Shown: in pieces, positions 9,876-20,885 of the stretch
Layout: every line of letters begins with the position of its first letter
Numbering within the stretch: position 1 is the stretch's first letter
Assembly: GCF_001194135.2 (NCBI RefSeq)
Contig: NC_068983.1
Span: 102,629,304 to 102,662,087 of the forward strand
Source of the DNA: Octopus bimaculoides
Lineage: Eukaryota
Length of the DNA stretch: 32,784 bases
Direction: 5' to 3'
Translations under genes and position numbers: made by a program
The notes under the pieces: model-generated
Databases searched by the model: none
The model's input: the letters and a program-made list of their open reading frames with translations, nothing else
What the model was told of the DNA's origin: nothing

Positions 9876-10745
9876 GGCATTTGAAAGCAAGGGTTTGAAG
9901 GTAAACCTCAGGAAGACAAAGGTGATTGTGAGTGGGGTGGAGGGAGAAGTGTTAGTGAGTAAGGTGGATCCATGTGGTATATGTTGGAGGGGGGTAATGG
10001 CAAATATGGCGTTGTGTACGAGAGGTGGGAAATGGATTCATGGTAGATGTATAAAAATGAAGAAGGTGACCCCAAGACTGGCAAGAGAGTTTGTTTGTGG
10101 AAGATGTGAGAAAGGAGCTGGAGGGCTGGTGGAACTAATGGAAATGCTATGTGATGAGGTGGAAACGGTGAGAGGGTTTTGTTATTTGGGAGATAGGGTG
10201 GATGTAAGTGGTGGATGTGAAGCAAGAGCAAGACTTGGCTGTGTAAAGTTCAGGGAATGTGGAGTGTTGTTATATGGGAAAAGGTTCTCATTAAAGATGA
10301 AAGGAAGGGTCTATAAGAGTTGTGTGAGAGCTGCAATGCTGTTTAGGAGTGAGACATGGTGTCTGAGGGAGAGAGAGATGGTTATTTTGAGAAGGACTGA
10401 GAGGGCAATGGTGAGAGAAATGTGTGGGGGTGAAGCTGTTTGGTAAGAGGAGGACTGAGGATTTGATGGGAATGCTGGGATTGGAGGAATCGGTGGAATG
10501 GTTGGCAAGGGCAAATGGAGTGAGGTGGTACGGGCATGTGTTGAGGAGGGATGAGGAACATATTCTGGGGAGGGTGATTGTGTTTGAGGTAAATGTAGTG
10601 CAAAAGTGAGGTAAACTGAGGAAAATGTGGAGGGGACAGGTGGAGGAGGAGATTGGGAGATTGGGAGGGTAGATCCAGCCAACCCTGTTAGCAGCGACAA
10701 AACCTGGATTTAAAACACTGGATGAGGATGATGGTGATGATAAAC
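9876..10745 (+). mobile_element. 5'-truncated RTE-clade LINE 3' end (RT C-terminus with PHD-like insert, thumb, 3'UTR, GAT tail)
   Basis: KGLKVNLRKTKV...FCYLGD...KGRVYKSCVRAAML..SETW...RRTERAMVREMCG, frameshift, then RWYGHVLRR. Ends in GGATTTAAAACACTGGATGAGGATGATGGTGATGAT. Confidence 0.9.
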
Positions 10746-11719
10746 CACCTTGAATATTTTTTAGCAAGTTTAAAGTGATTTCTTTCGTGCTGTAAACAAG
10801 TAACTATTTCTGTGGTGACCCCCACCCATTTTCCTTCATGCCCTAAGCATGTATTTATTTTGCTTAATAGTTAATCCAGTGCTGCCATTAATGTTCTTGA
10901 ATCTTTGAGTCAATACAGCAGAAAGAGAAATTCCTGTTTGAGGAAGGAAGGATTTTTGTGATAAGCAGGACCAGATACAAAGGTGAGAAAAGAAAAAAGG
11001 GAGATAAGAAGGACTGGGTGAATGAGATGATGTGAACCCAGTCAGTTATAAAGGGTAGCAGTTATTAGAGTAGCAACAGAAAAGCATAAAAAGAATTCAG
11101 TATGTTTGTACACCAGAGGCTAGAACACGTCTGTGAGTGACTTTATGTCAAACAGGCAAGTGACCTTTTCTGGATGCCATACCAAATGTGAGAGCAATAC
11201 TGCATTCTGAGCCTCATCTAAATTTTGTAGAGTATCAATAACTGTTGGGGGCTGAAGTATCTTCAGGCACTGAAGAGAAAGGCCACTCAATGAGATGCAA
11301 TCTTAGCAATGTTAAGGATGTGCTTTTGCCAGGAGAGATCCTTCACATTAGTGAAACCCAATAATCGGAGCAATATTGAAGGCTCTAGCTGAGTATTGCT
11401 CATAATTAAAGATGGATAGGGTGATAACTTTTTTCTTTTATATGAGTAACATAAGTCAGACCTACTCTTTCTACTTTTAGTCCAAGCTTCTGATTCATTG
11501 TTAGGTTTAACTCTGGCTTATTTCCTCCCTACAGAGCCTTATGGTGTATTAGCCAGAAGCAGTTTTTCTCTCCATATTTTTTTTCTTCAGTATATTTTGA
11601 AATTCCATTTTGTTTCTGTATTTTATCATTATTGTTGTTGTTATTGTTTGTTAGCACACTGGACCACAATCTTAACAACTTTTCATCTGTCTTTACATTT
11701 TGAGTTCATTGAAGTCAAT

Positions 11720-11815
11720 GAAATAACTATCAGTCAAACACTGGGGTTGATGTAACGGACTTACCTTCACACTTAAACTTGCTAGCAGTGTGCCAAAATT
11801 TGAAACTGTTATGAC
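11720..11815 (+). mobile_element. 3' fragment of the (ATT)-tailed tRNA SINE
   Basis: ACTGGGGTTGATGTAA...GTGCCAAAATTTGAAAC, as in 16633-16841. Confidence 0.7.
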
Positions 11816-11819
11816 TATT

Positions 11820-12130
11820 ATTGCTTATATAATTGTTGTTTTGTTTCATATGAATTGTTCCGAGTCTCACCCAGAGACTTCAATTAACTGAAAGTTGGAC
11901 GTTTTACTGTGGATGTTATTTTTGACTAGCAATGATATGCTATATGGGAAGGAGGCCAGAATCTGAAAGCTAAGATTCTGTTAAATTTGTAATGTTTCAG
12001 TTTTGAAAAAGTTTTAGAAGATTCAGTTTTTTCAAGTTGACAATGTCTTTCTTAGGATATGGGAAGTACCCATGAGCATAATTTTTTGTAGTATATGTTG
12101 TATACATGTTTTCCTCCTACCTGAGGTGCC
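11820..12130 (-). mobile_element. R4/Dong-type RLE retrotransposon, short 3' fragment
   Basis: ILQKIMLMGTSHILRKTLST* (stop at 12032-12034) parallels VQKIVLMGTTRILCKILSM* at 15961. The 3'UTR shares a 21-nt identical motif with 15821-15841. Confidence 0.75.
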
Positions 12131-12185
12131 ACCTGGACACCTTATCACCACTATCTAGCTCTGTATAGATGCCACCAATTCATTC

Positions 12186-12294
12186 TCACTCTCTCTCTCT
12201 CTCTCTCCCTCTCTCCTTCTCTCTCCCTCTCTCCCTCTCTCCCTCTCTCCCCCCCCNNNNNNNNNNNNNNNNNNNNNNNNNNNNNNNNNNNNNN

Positions 12295-12337
<43 letters not shown>
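12186..12337. repeat. (CT)n microsatellite containing an N gap
   Basis: Directly visible. Confidence 0.95.
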
Positions 12338-12340
<3 letters not shown>

Positions 12341-15300
12341 AAATGTAAGTAGTTCACTGCCATCTAATTTGAAGCTGGTATTTGGCTATAATATTTGAGA
12401 CCACCATTTTGTATTGTTCTCAAAACTCCAATGATCACAGATACATTTGTTATTCTTTTGAGACATCTATTCTGAGGTCTCTATATTTACTTAACTTTTC
12501 AATATTTTACTGAGGTGTTGTCTATATAGCATGATCAGTTTCACTACTAAAGTCCCAAAGAACTATGGTATCTTCATTTTTCTACTACTTTGGCAGGCTT
12601 ATGATCCCACCTGAAACCAGATCTATGGCATATGATCCAGTGTAAATGCTGGCCAAGTCTATCATGGCTCTTAATATATTCATTTGAGAAGCATACAGCA
12701 TCCACCATCCAGAGATTAGGTGGTCAATTGCTCTTTGGTTGCACCACAAAAGCAGTAGGCAGGATCAACACTATTTTTAGGAATGCTTGCTTGATAGTTT
12801 CTGGTGACCCAGACACTGATCCTAAGCAGTTTTATGAAGCCCCTTGTTTCTGATTTAATGCAGCCAAACATTGATCCATTGATGCATCTATTTGCATCTA
12901 CATCAAGATTTTGGCCCTTGTAGGGTATTTATCACACAACACCTTACTTTCTCATGTATTTTGCTGAACTGAGAATCCATTTCATTTAGCTTGCTTTTAT
13001 TTGTTTTGATATCACAGTGATTTCTGTTTCATCTTTGATAGTTAAGTCTTGGTCTTGCTGATCCTTCATTCCTATACATACTTCTTCCCTTTTTCTGATA
13101 ATGAATACTTTTTTGGAACTTTCATATTTGCAGACAAGTTTACGCATCCAGTTACTGGTATTCTTTAGACAGGCATCTATTCCAATGATTGCTGTCTTTC
13201 CAAGAATTTCTCAATCCAGCTATGGGAAAGGCTGTCAAATGCATTTTTGTAATCAATCCATGCAAAAAAAGGATTTCTGTGTCATACATAGCAGTCCTCA
13301 AGAACCATTTTCTTGATTAAAAGCTGGTCTTTACAACCATATGAGCCAAGATTACAACCTTTTCATTCACTGCAGACTATTTTATCATCCATCAGGAAGG
13401 TATATGTATATTCAGTAATGATAGATATTAGTATTTTATACATGGTTGTAAGTAATGTAAGTGGGTAGTTGTTTCAGGGGAGTAAGTCACACCATTTACC
13501 ACCCTAGGAGGGATTTTCCTAGGGTCATGTATAATGCTATTGTAGAGGTGAGTCAATTCTCTGTAAGATTCAGTGAAAGCATTCAACAAGAAGTTAGAGA
13601 TTTTATCTTTCCCAGGTGATTTCCATTTGCTAGAATTTCTCAATGCAGATCTGAGATCTTCAACTGAGATATCTTTCTGTTTTTGTTTTTTTAATATGTT
13701 CAGAGTCTCTGGTTTGTTGATTAATCCAGGGAGCATCATAGTTGTATTCTTTAGGATGTGACCAGATTAATGTGCAAAACCTTTGTACTTCCCCCTCAGT
13801 AGATGTGGTCTTCATAGCTATATTATCTTTTGCAGTTTTCCTATAATACACATTTATGATTGTTCTGCAACATACTGTTATCCTTGAAAAAGTTTGATCT
13901 TTTGTCAAGTGCTGTTGAGAGTACACAGCAGTATAAATTAGTCACTTTATAAAACTACTCTTTATAAGTGACTTCGTTATTTCTTAATATATTCAATCTT
14001 TTAAATCTTCTGTTCTGTCCACATACATTTTAAAAACACCTCTCCCTGTTAAATCAACTTTTCTTGGATTATAAAGCTCAAAACAACTAATCTGAATCTA
14101 TTTAAACATGTGCTGTTTGGTTTGGATAATATGCCTGATCATTTTTCAATTGCTTCATCAGTTTTGTTTGTTCTTTTTACGTTATATTTTCTTTCCAGTT
14201 ACTCTTTTTTGCTCTTGATTTTCTTGAGTATTTCAATAGCTGATCTGAGCACCTTAATTCTAATTCCTAATTCTCTCTCACCATGCTGGTTTCCTGTTTA
14301 TATGTTGAGTTTTTCTCTTTACTTGAATACTACATGGTGCAGTGTTTATTGAAGCTGCAGAATAAAACAAATTATTCAGTGAAGTGAGATTGACTTCATT
14401 TTCACTCAAGGTGAATTTTATAACTGCGTTTACCTTGGTTAATAATTTTGTTTTGAGTTGCAAATCTTGGAAAGATCATTGCAATCTCCCAGTTCATTGT
14501 GTTCAGAACCAAAATCTTCAAATTAATAACAAAATAAATTCCTTTTGTATTTATACAATTAATCCCAGTGTGTTGGCCTTCAGCCACTCAGATACAATTT
14601 TTGCTTTTAGCTGGTCAGCTTCAGTGTCTGTGTTTCCACTTTCACTATAATCACTCTCAACAATGTCAGTGTCTGGGACAATTTTGTTGAATACCTCATT
14701 TTGAGTATTTGTCACACTAGGTTCTTCTTCCTCAGTGGAAGGATGTTTTATATCCTTATTCACATCTATTTTTGTATGACTATTAGCCTGAACATATAAA
14801 ACTGAATTTGTTGGATATACAGGTCTATCAATAGCCTTTTCTTTATGATATTCCTGCAAATATTAGCTAATTTGTCTATGTTTTGGTCTATTAGTAGGGT
14901 TTTTCTTTCTCCAATTTAAGTATGTTTGTTTTGTATTTGATCTCCCTGTTGGAAAGTTCATTGCAGTATAATAGACCTCTAGAACATCCTTGTTTACTTT
15001 CCTATTCTATTTTTGTCTTGTTTAGCTTTAACAGATGAAGATCTTTTGTATGAAGGGCCATTGTTTGACACTATCTTGCTAACAGGAGCAGACTTTTTGA
15101 CCCCAGATTGGTTTGACTCTGGGCGACACAATCCCTTTTTCCTTTTGGATGTTGATTGATCTGGTTTCTATTTTCTTTATTAGGTATTTTTGTCATACTT
15201 GTGTGCTGTTCTTGCCTCTAAGGGGATGTTTTTTATAGTGATCCCAACACATAAGGTCCATAGGAGGCAGGGAATCATGTCCTACTTTCACTTTAGCTCA

Positions 15301-15500
15301 GATTACTATTGTTGTTCTTTTTATTTTTTTATCACATGATAATATTTCATAGTATCGTGTGAGTTTCTAGCATTATCTTACATTACATGGATTTAATTAC
15401 TTGAAATGATGAATTTCTGCCTGTTTTTTGTAATGTCATTCATAAACATGCAACTGTTTATTTATGTAAGTAATGCCATTTGCACCTATTTATTTATATA
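12338..15500 (-). mobile_element. Near-full-length but decayed R4/Dong-type non-LTR retrotransposon with the RT core deleted
   Basis: N-terminal EVYYTAM..TYLNWRK..DKLANI; KPAW; KWKSPGKDKISNF; NYPLTLLTTMYKIL; E*KGCNLGSYGCKDQLL; AWIDYKNAFDSLSHSWI; KSETRGFI..TRNYQA; HDRLGQHLHWIIC; EKLSKYRDL..SVIIGVL. The 5' boundary is approximate. Confidence 0.85.
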
Positions 15501-15535
15501 GAAGTAGGTGGGTGCTATGAATTATGGGTCTTGAG

Positions 15536-15706
15536 TTAGCAAGACATTTATGCATTGCTGACATTCTGAGTTCAACTTCCACTGAGGCCAACTTTGCTTT
15601 TCATCCTTCTGGGGTCGATGAAATAAGTACCATTTTGTATTAGAGTTGGTGTAGTCAATTAGCCCCCTCCCTCAAAGCTTCAAGCCTTGAGCCTATAATA
15701 GAAAGG
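15536..15706 (+). mobile_element. (ATT)-tailed tRNA SINE, 5'-degenerate
   Basis: B box GAGTTCAACTTC, central GCTTTTCATCCTTCTGGGGTCGATGAAATAAGTACC domain, runs into (TTA)n. Confidence 0.75.
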
Positions 15707-15763
<57 letters not shown>

Positions 15764-15777
15764 GTTATTATTATTAT
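15707..15777. repeat. (TTA)n microsatellite shared by the SINE tail and the Dong tail
   Basis: Directly visible. Confidence 0.95.
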
Positions 15778-16575
15778 TTTATGTTTGACTTTTGTTTTGC
15801 ATTTGTACAAGTTGGATCCAAGTCTCACCCAGAGACTTCAAGAGACAACAAGTTAGAAGTTCATGTAGGTGTTATGCCTAGGGTACCATATATTTGGATT
15901 TGTTCTAGAGAATATTTAAGAAACCATAAGAAAATTATGTGTTTGGTTTAAAATTTGAGATCACATAGACAGTATTTTACATAGGATACGGGTAGTTCCC
16001 ATGAGCACTATCTTTTGAACTTCAACCATTTTGGGGTTTCCTGGTATCTGAGCTAGGTAGTAATCAGCCCGTTTCGCTGTCATTCCGAGGGCACCTATGA
16101 CAATAGGTATTGTTTTAGTCTTCAGGTTCCACATTTTGCTAATTTCTATTTCAAGATCTTTATATTTGCTCAGTTTTTGGTAGGTCTTGACAGATATGTT
16201 TATATCGATTGGGACAGTCATATCAATGAGGATGCATGATTTTTGTCTGAAGTCTTTCAGTATGATGTCTGGCCTATTTGCATCTATCTTTTTGTCAGCT
16301 TGAATGGTGAAGTTCCAGAGGAGTGTGATGTGATCATTTTCAAGTACTGGGGGTGGTTTGTGTTTCCACCAGTTTTTATCATGGGGCAAGTCCAGGTTTT
16401 TGCATATTACCCAGTGAATATATTGTGCAGCTCTATCATGCCTGTTGAGATACTCTGTAGGCGCAAGCAGACTGCACATGGAGACAACATGATCGATGGT
16501 CTCATTTTGTTGTTGGCATATACGACATAATGGGGAGCTGCCATTCTTTAATATGTTGGCCTGGTAGTTCTATTT
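15778..16575 (-). mobile_element. 5'-truncated R4/Dong-type retrotransposon: CCHC knuckle, restriction-like endonuclease and 3'UTR
   Basis: Stop-free frame 16569-15961 (202 aa): NYQANILK..CRICQQQNETIDHVVSMC (C-x2-C-x8-H-x4-C), RHD, NRPDII, IDMTVP, KLSKYKDL. Flanked by TAA repeats on both sides. Confidence 0.92.
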
Positions 16576-16589
16576 AGTTATTATTATTA

Positions 16590-16632
<43 letters not shown>

Positions 16633-16635
<3 letters not shown>

Positions 16636-16840
16636 GGCAGCAAGCCAGCAGAATCACTAGCACACCAGAAAAAATGCTTAGCAGCATTTTATCTGTCTTT
16701 ACATTCTGAATTTAAATGCCACCAAGGTCAACTTTGTGTTTCATCTTTTCAGGGTCAATGAAAAGATTGAGCACTGGGGTTGATGTAATCAATTCATCCC
16801 CTTCTTTCAAACTGCTGGCCTTGTGCCAAAATTTGAAACC

Positions 16841-16841
<1 letters not shown>
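16633..16841 (+). mobile_element. (ATT)-type tRNA SINE preceded by (TTA)n at 16578-16632 and followed by (AGT)n
   Basis: Head AAGGCAGCAAGCCAGCAGAATCACTAGCAC, central TTTCATCTTTTCAGGGTCAATG, 3' end GGCCTTGTGCCAAAATTTGAAAC. Confidence 0.8.
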
Positions 16842-16872
<31 letters not shown>

Positions 16873-17454
16873 CAGCAGCAAAATTCTTTATTTAGAGAGA
16901 AAGATAACTGCAAAAGTAGGTCATTTAAAACAAAAAAGGTACTAAAGAAAGCCACCTTAGATTTAATATCGTCCTTTGTTTTATACTTTTCTTAGCTATG
17001 GAAGACCATCTAATATGTGGAAAAGATCATGTACTTCTTAAACGTTCAGAACCAAAATATATGTATGTATGAAAACTCAAGACTTTACAGCTACTGACAA
17101 CCATCTAACTTTTTATGTATGTTAAAAAAAAATCATCAAAATAATCAGAAAATAAATTCCTTTTGTATTTATACAATTAATCCCAATATTTTCTCCTGGA
17201 CCGGGGAGATATTTATTAGATAGTATGGCACATCAGATTTTTCTGTACCACATCAGATTTTGACCTGTCTTTTATAGATTTGTTTTGTGCAGCTTAGCTC
17301 TAGGTAACTTTAACTTAACGGGTCAATGGATATTTTCCTGAAGATAGAATACAGCTTTCAGTGAATAAGATTTTGTTTAAATAAAAAATATGACATTTTC
17401 AAATGTAAGCAATTATCTTCGTAAGAATGTCTCTAATATCTACATAAAAAAATA

Positions 17455-17700
17455 TATATGAAGAAGGACATGAGAAGTGGAAGAAGAATATGTAAAAGGA
17501 GAAAAAAAGAAAGAAAATATGGAACAAGAATAAAGTAAAGAGAAAAAAGAGGGGAAAAGGAAGTAGAAATTTTTAAAATGGAGTAAAACAGAGAAAGGAA
17601 AGAAAAAGAGAAGGAGTAGGTCAGGATGAGAGTAGAGAAAGAAAGAAGAAAGAAGTGAGAAAGAGAAAGAAGGCTGATTAAGAGAGTGAGAGACAATAAA
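17455..17700. repeat. Purine-rich (A/G) low-complexity tract
   Basis: Directly visible composition bias. Confidence 0.7.
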
Positions 17701-18206
17701 AATCAGTTCTTTATCTAGATTAAGGAATAAATATAAGGAAATTAAATCTAAACATGAAAATAAGTATAGATTTGCTCTCAAGAAATTCATAGTTTAAAAT
17801 GCCACTATAGGAAGAGAATATGTTTTTGGAGTTCCACAACTTCAACTCCAGCTGTTCCAGTGAACTTTATGGTCCTGTTTCTACTGAAATACCACTATTT
17901 ATCTGACAATAAACAAAGGATTAACATTATGGAAGCAAATTAATAAATTCTGTGGTATGTAAATGTTTCGCTGTCATGCCAGTTAATATATATTACCTTT
18001 CAAACAATATGTGGTAGGTTAGTATCTTATCCAGGGTATAGTTTTTCTCTTATCTGTTTAATGTCATGAAATCTGTTTAATGTCATGAAATCCAGACATC
18101 ATTGCAAAGTTTGTGAGCTAGCACAGGAAACAAAACAAAGAATACTCTAAGAAAATAGATCAGAAACTGCCGATATTAGTAACTATTCAAATAATTTTAA
18201 TTTTCA

Positions 18207-18810
18207 TAGTATCATCATCATCATCATTTCACATCTGTTCTCCATGCTGGCATCGGTTGGGTGGTTTGACATGAAGCTGTCCAGACTCCAATTGTATGTT
18301 GTGGTATTGTTTCTATAGCTCAATGCCCTTCCTAACACCAACCACTTAACAAAGTGTGCTGGGTGCTTTTTACATACCACTGGCACAGGTGCATTTTCAT
18401 GCCACCAACATGGCAGCATTTACATAGTCCCAGCATGGATGCATTTACACAGTACTGGCACAGGTGCTTTTTATGTGGCATTGGCACCTGAAAGGATAAG
18501 CCTGTATGTATGGAAGATAATGATTTTACTTAGCTTGAAATGTCTTATCAAGTACAGCAAATCACAATTCCTGGTTCCTTGTAATTTCCTCAGTGAGGTC
18601 CAGCATCCAAAAATTCTTTCTCACCAATTTGTCCCATGTCTTCCTGGGTCTACTCCTTCCACAGGTACCCTCAACAATTAGAGCTCGACACTCCTTTATA
18701 CAGCTGTCTTCATCAGCAGGCATCACATGACCAAACCAGCATAGTCTTCTCTCTTACACACAACATCTGATGCCTCTTTCACCCAGTTTTCCCCTTAAAT
18801 CCTCTTACTG
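18207..18810 (-). mobile_element. RTE LINE 3' end: ORF terminus plus long 3'UTR with (GAT)n tail
   Basis: LRGKLGERGIRCCV*ERRLCWFGHVM..DEDSCIKEC..VEGTCGRSRPRKTWD at about 18810-18570, followed by a UTR containing GTTAGGAAGGGCATT and CCAACCGATGCCAGCATGG. Confidence 0.8.
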
Positions 18811-19542
18811 TATGAATGATCTAAAATTGATCATAAGATTCAAATTTTTTTCTAATTCTTATATTTTACTATTTTAAATAATTTTGTTTAATTTTAACTG
18901 AAAAATATTATTATTTTTTATTAGCCAATCTGTCTATATTTTCTTTATTTTTTTTCTTCTCTTTGACAACCATATTTTGTCTCTTCTCAAAGTCCATCAC
19001 AAAAGAAAATTGCTCATCATCAAAACAAAGTTGCAGTCTCTATATAGTTTCTCAGCCAGCTAGAAGTAGCAGCCAAATTTCCCTAAACAGACCCTGACGT
19101 CTTAAAGGAAGAGAATATCTAAGACAATATGGATAATGTAGTATGAAATGTATAATGCCTGAAAACAAAAAAAACAAAAAAACAATGGGTTGGTCATGAC
19201 TAGAATACATTTAATCATGGACTTAATCATGATCAACCAAAAGCTAAATAACAACAATATTGTTCCTTATTCTTCCGAGGAACAATGTTACTCCAACACC
19301 CAACTCACATCCTACGATTCCTTCCCAAATATTTATCACTACAAATTAAATATTGAAGTTACATAACCTCAAATTAATAAAAGAAGGGAATGAGATTTTA
19401 ATGATATTTTATGCCACTTGTTTATAATTAATGTAAAATGACTACAACAAGGAACCAAATTCTCTGGGAACTTCCATGTAGATTATTACATGCGACCAAT
19501 TTTTCCTTACATGTTAAGCTTACAGTTATTATGCTCCATTAT

Positions 19543-19690
19543 CACCACCACCACCACCACCACCACCACCACCACCACCATCATCATTTAATGTCTGCTT
19601 TCCATGCTGGCATGAGTTGGATGGTCTGACAGGAGGTAGCAACACAGATCACTGCACCAAGCTCTACTATCTGTTTTGGTGTGGTTTCTA
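19543..19690 (-). mobile_element. RTE 3'UTR-type fragment with (CAC)n/(CAT)n tail
   Basis: CATTTAATGTCTGCTTTCCATGCTGGCATGAGTTGGA, homologous to the end of 1-209. Confidence 0.7.
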
Positions 19691-19699
19691 TGTCCTCTT

Positions 19700-20018
19700 C
19701 TCAGCTCTCTGTTGGTTTCAACAATGAGTGCTCCAATCAATGGAATTGCCAGCCTGCTTGTGAAATTAATGAGCAAATGGCTGAGCTCTCCACAAACATG
19801 TAGATACTTAATGTAGTTCTTAGGAGACTCAGCATGACACTGAATGTGACAAGGCTGACCCTTTGAACTACAGGTACAACTCATTCTTGTTAGCTGAGTA
19901 AACTGGAGCAATGAGAAATAAAGTGTCTTGCTCAAGGACAGAATGCACCACCAAGAACCAATCTCACAACCTTATGACTATGAACCAAGTACCCTAACCA
20001 TTAAGCCACACACCTTCA
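19700..20018 (-). mobile_element. tRNA-derived SINE (another family)
   Basis: Minus strand head TGAAGGTGTGTGGCTTAATGGTTAGGG (A-box-like), then TGTCCTTGAGCAAGACACTTTATTTC (CORE-like domain). Confidence 0.7.
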
Positions 20019-20469
20019 TGTTTTATTTTATTCATATATCTTTTATTTATATCTGTATATATACATAGTCATTTAATTCTTTGTATAATTAAGAAAAAAT
20101 GAAACTATCATGGTATATTGTGACAAATGAAAATGAAAGAAGTCTTGTTTGTTGTTCATCATCATCATCATCACCACTGGGAATAGAACTTATGATTGTG
20201 AGCCTATGATTGTGAACCTATTACTCTTGTCATTAAGTCATGCATCTTCTATTATCCAAACTGTATGTTAACTCTTATTCTAATCTCATGTAACTAATCT
20301 ACTCTTCCAGTATCACATTAACCTCCTGAATCATTAGTTCTGCTCTGTTATTCCCTCTAGAGTTTAGACTAACAAATATAAATCATTTTTATACTTATGA
20401 GGTTTTTTTTCTTTTTTATTTCAGACTTGACAATCACTGAGCGGCTTCAAACACATTAAGGCTACAACA

Positions 20470-20644
20470 ATGGCTGTACATATTGCTGGGATTTTAGCTA
20501 TTGTTGTTTTCTACCTTGGAATCTTGTTTGTAGGAATATGGGCTGGTCGCAAGTCCAAACAAACAGGTTCACAAGCTGACAGTGATGATGTGATGTTAGC
20601 AGGGCGGAATTTAGGGATGCTTGTTGGAATATTTACTATGACAG
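20470..20644 (+). CDS. SLC5A7: First coding exon of a high-affinity choline transporter (SLC5A7/CHT1-like, sodium:solute symporter family); exon 20425-20644 including 45 nt of 5'UTR
   Basis: [30 protein letters not shown]...[18 protein letters not shown] aligns with vertebrate CHT1 [27 protein letters not shown]...IIVGGRDIGLLVGGFTMT. Polypyrimidine tract plus CAG acceptor at 20403-20424; ACAG/GTAAGT phase-1 donor at 20645. Confidence 0.93.
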
Positions 20645-20739
20645 GTAAGTTATGGTTTCCTAAGGTTTTCTTTCAAATTCAGAATATTGATTTAAGGAAC
20701 AAATTTGGTTATTGCAGGGGGGGGGGAGAGTGAGATACG

Positions 20740-20829
20740 TATATATATATATATNNNNNNNNNNNNNNNNNNNNNNNNNNNNNNNNNNNNNNNNNNNNNN
20801 NNNNNNNNNNNNNNNNNNNNNNNNNNNNN

Positions 20830-20882
<53 letters not shown>
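20740..20882. repeat. (AT)n / N gap / (AG)n microsatellite
   Basis: Directly visible. Confidence 0.9.

Positions 20883-20885
<3 letters not shown>

Noticed and set aside
11505-11600. Strong-looking acceptor (TTATTTTCCTCCCTACAG, about 11536)
   Set aside because: No convincing downstream donor or coding signal.
18052-18089. 19-bp tandem duplication (similar small duplications at 8099-8151 and 17229-17260)
   Set aside because: Ordinary slippage products with no evident function.
20645-20733. C-terminal extension of the 87-aa ORF (GKLWFPK...)
   Set aside because: Read-through past the GTAAGT donor into the intron; similarity to CHT1 stops at FTMT.
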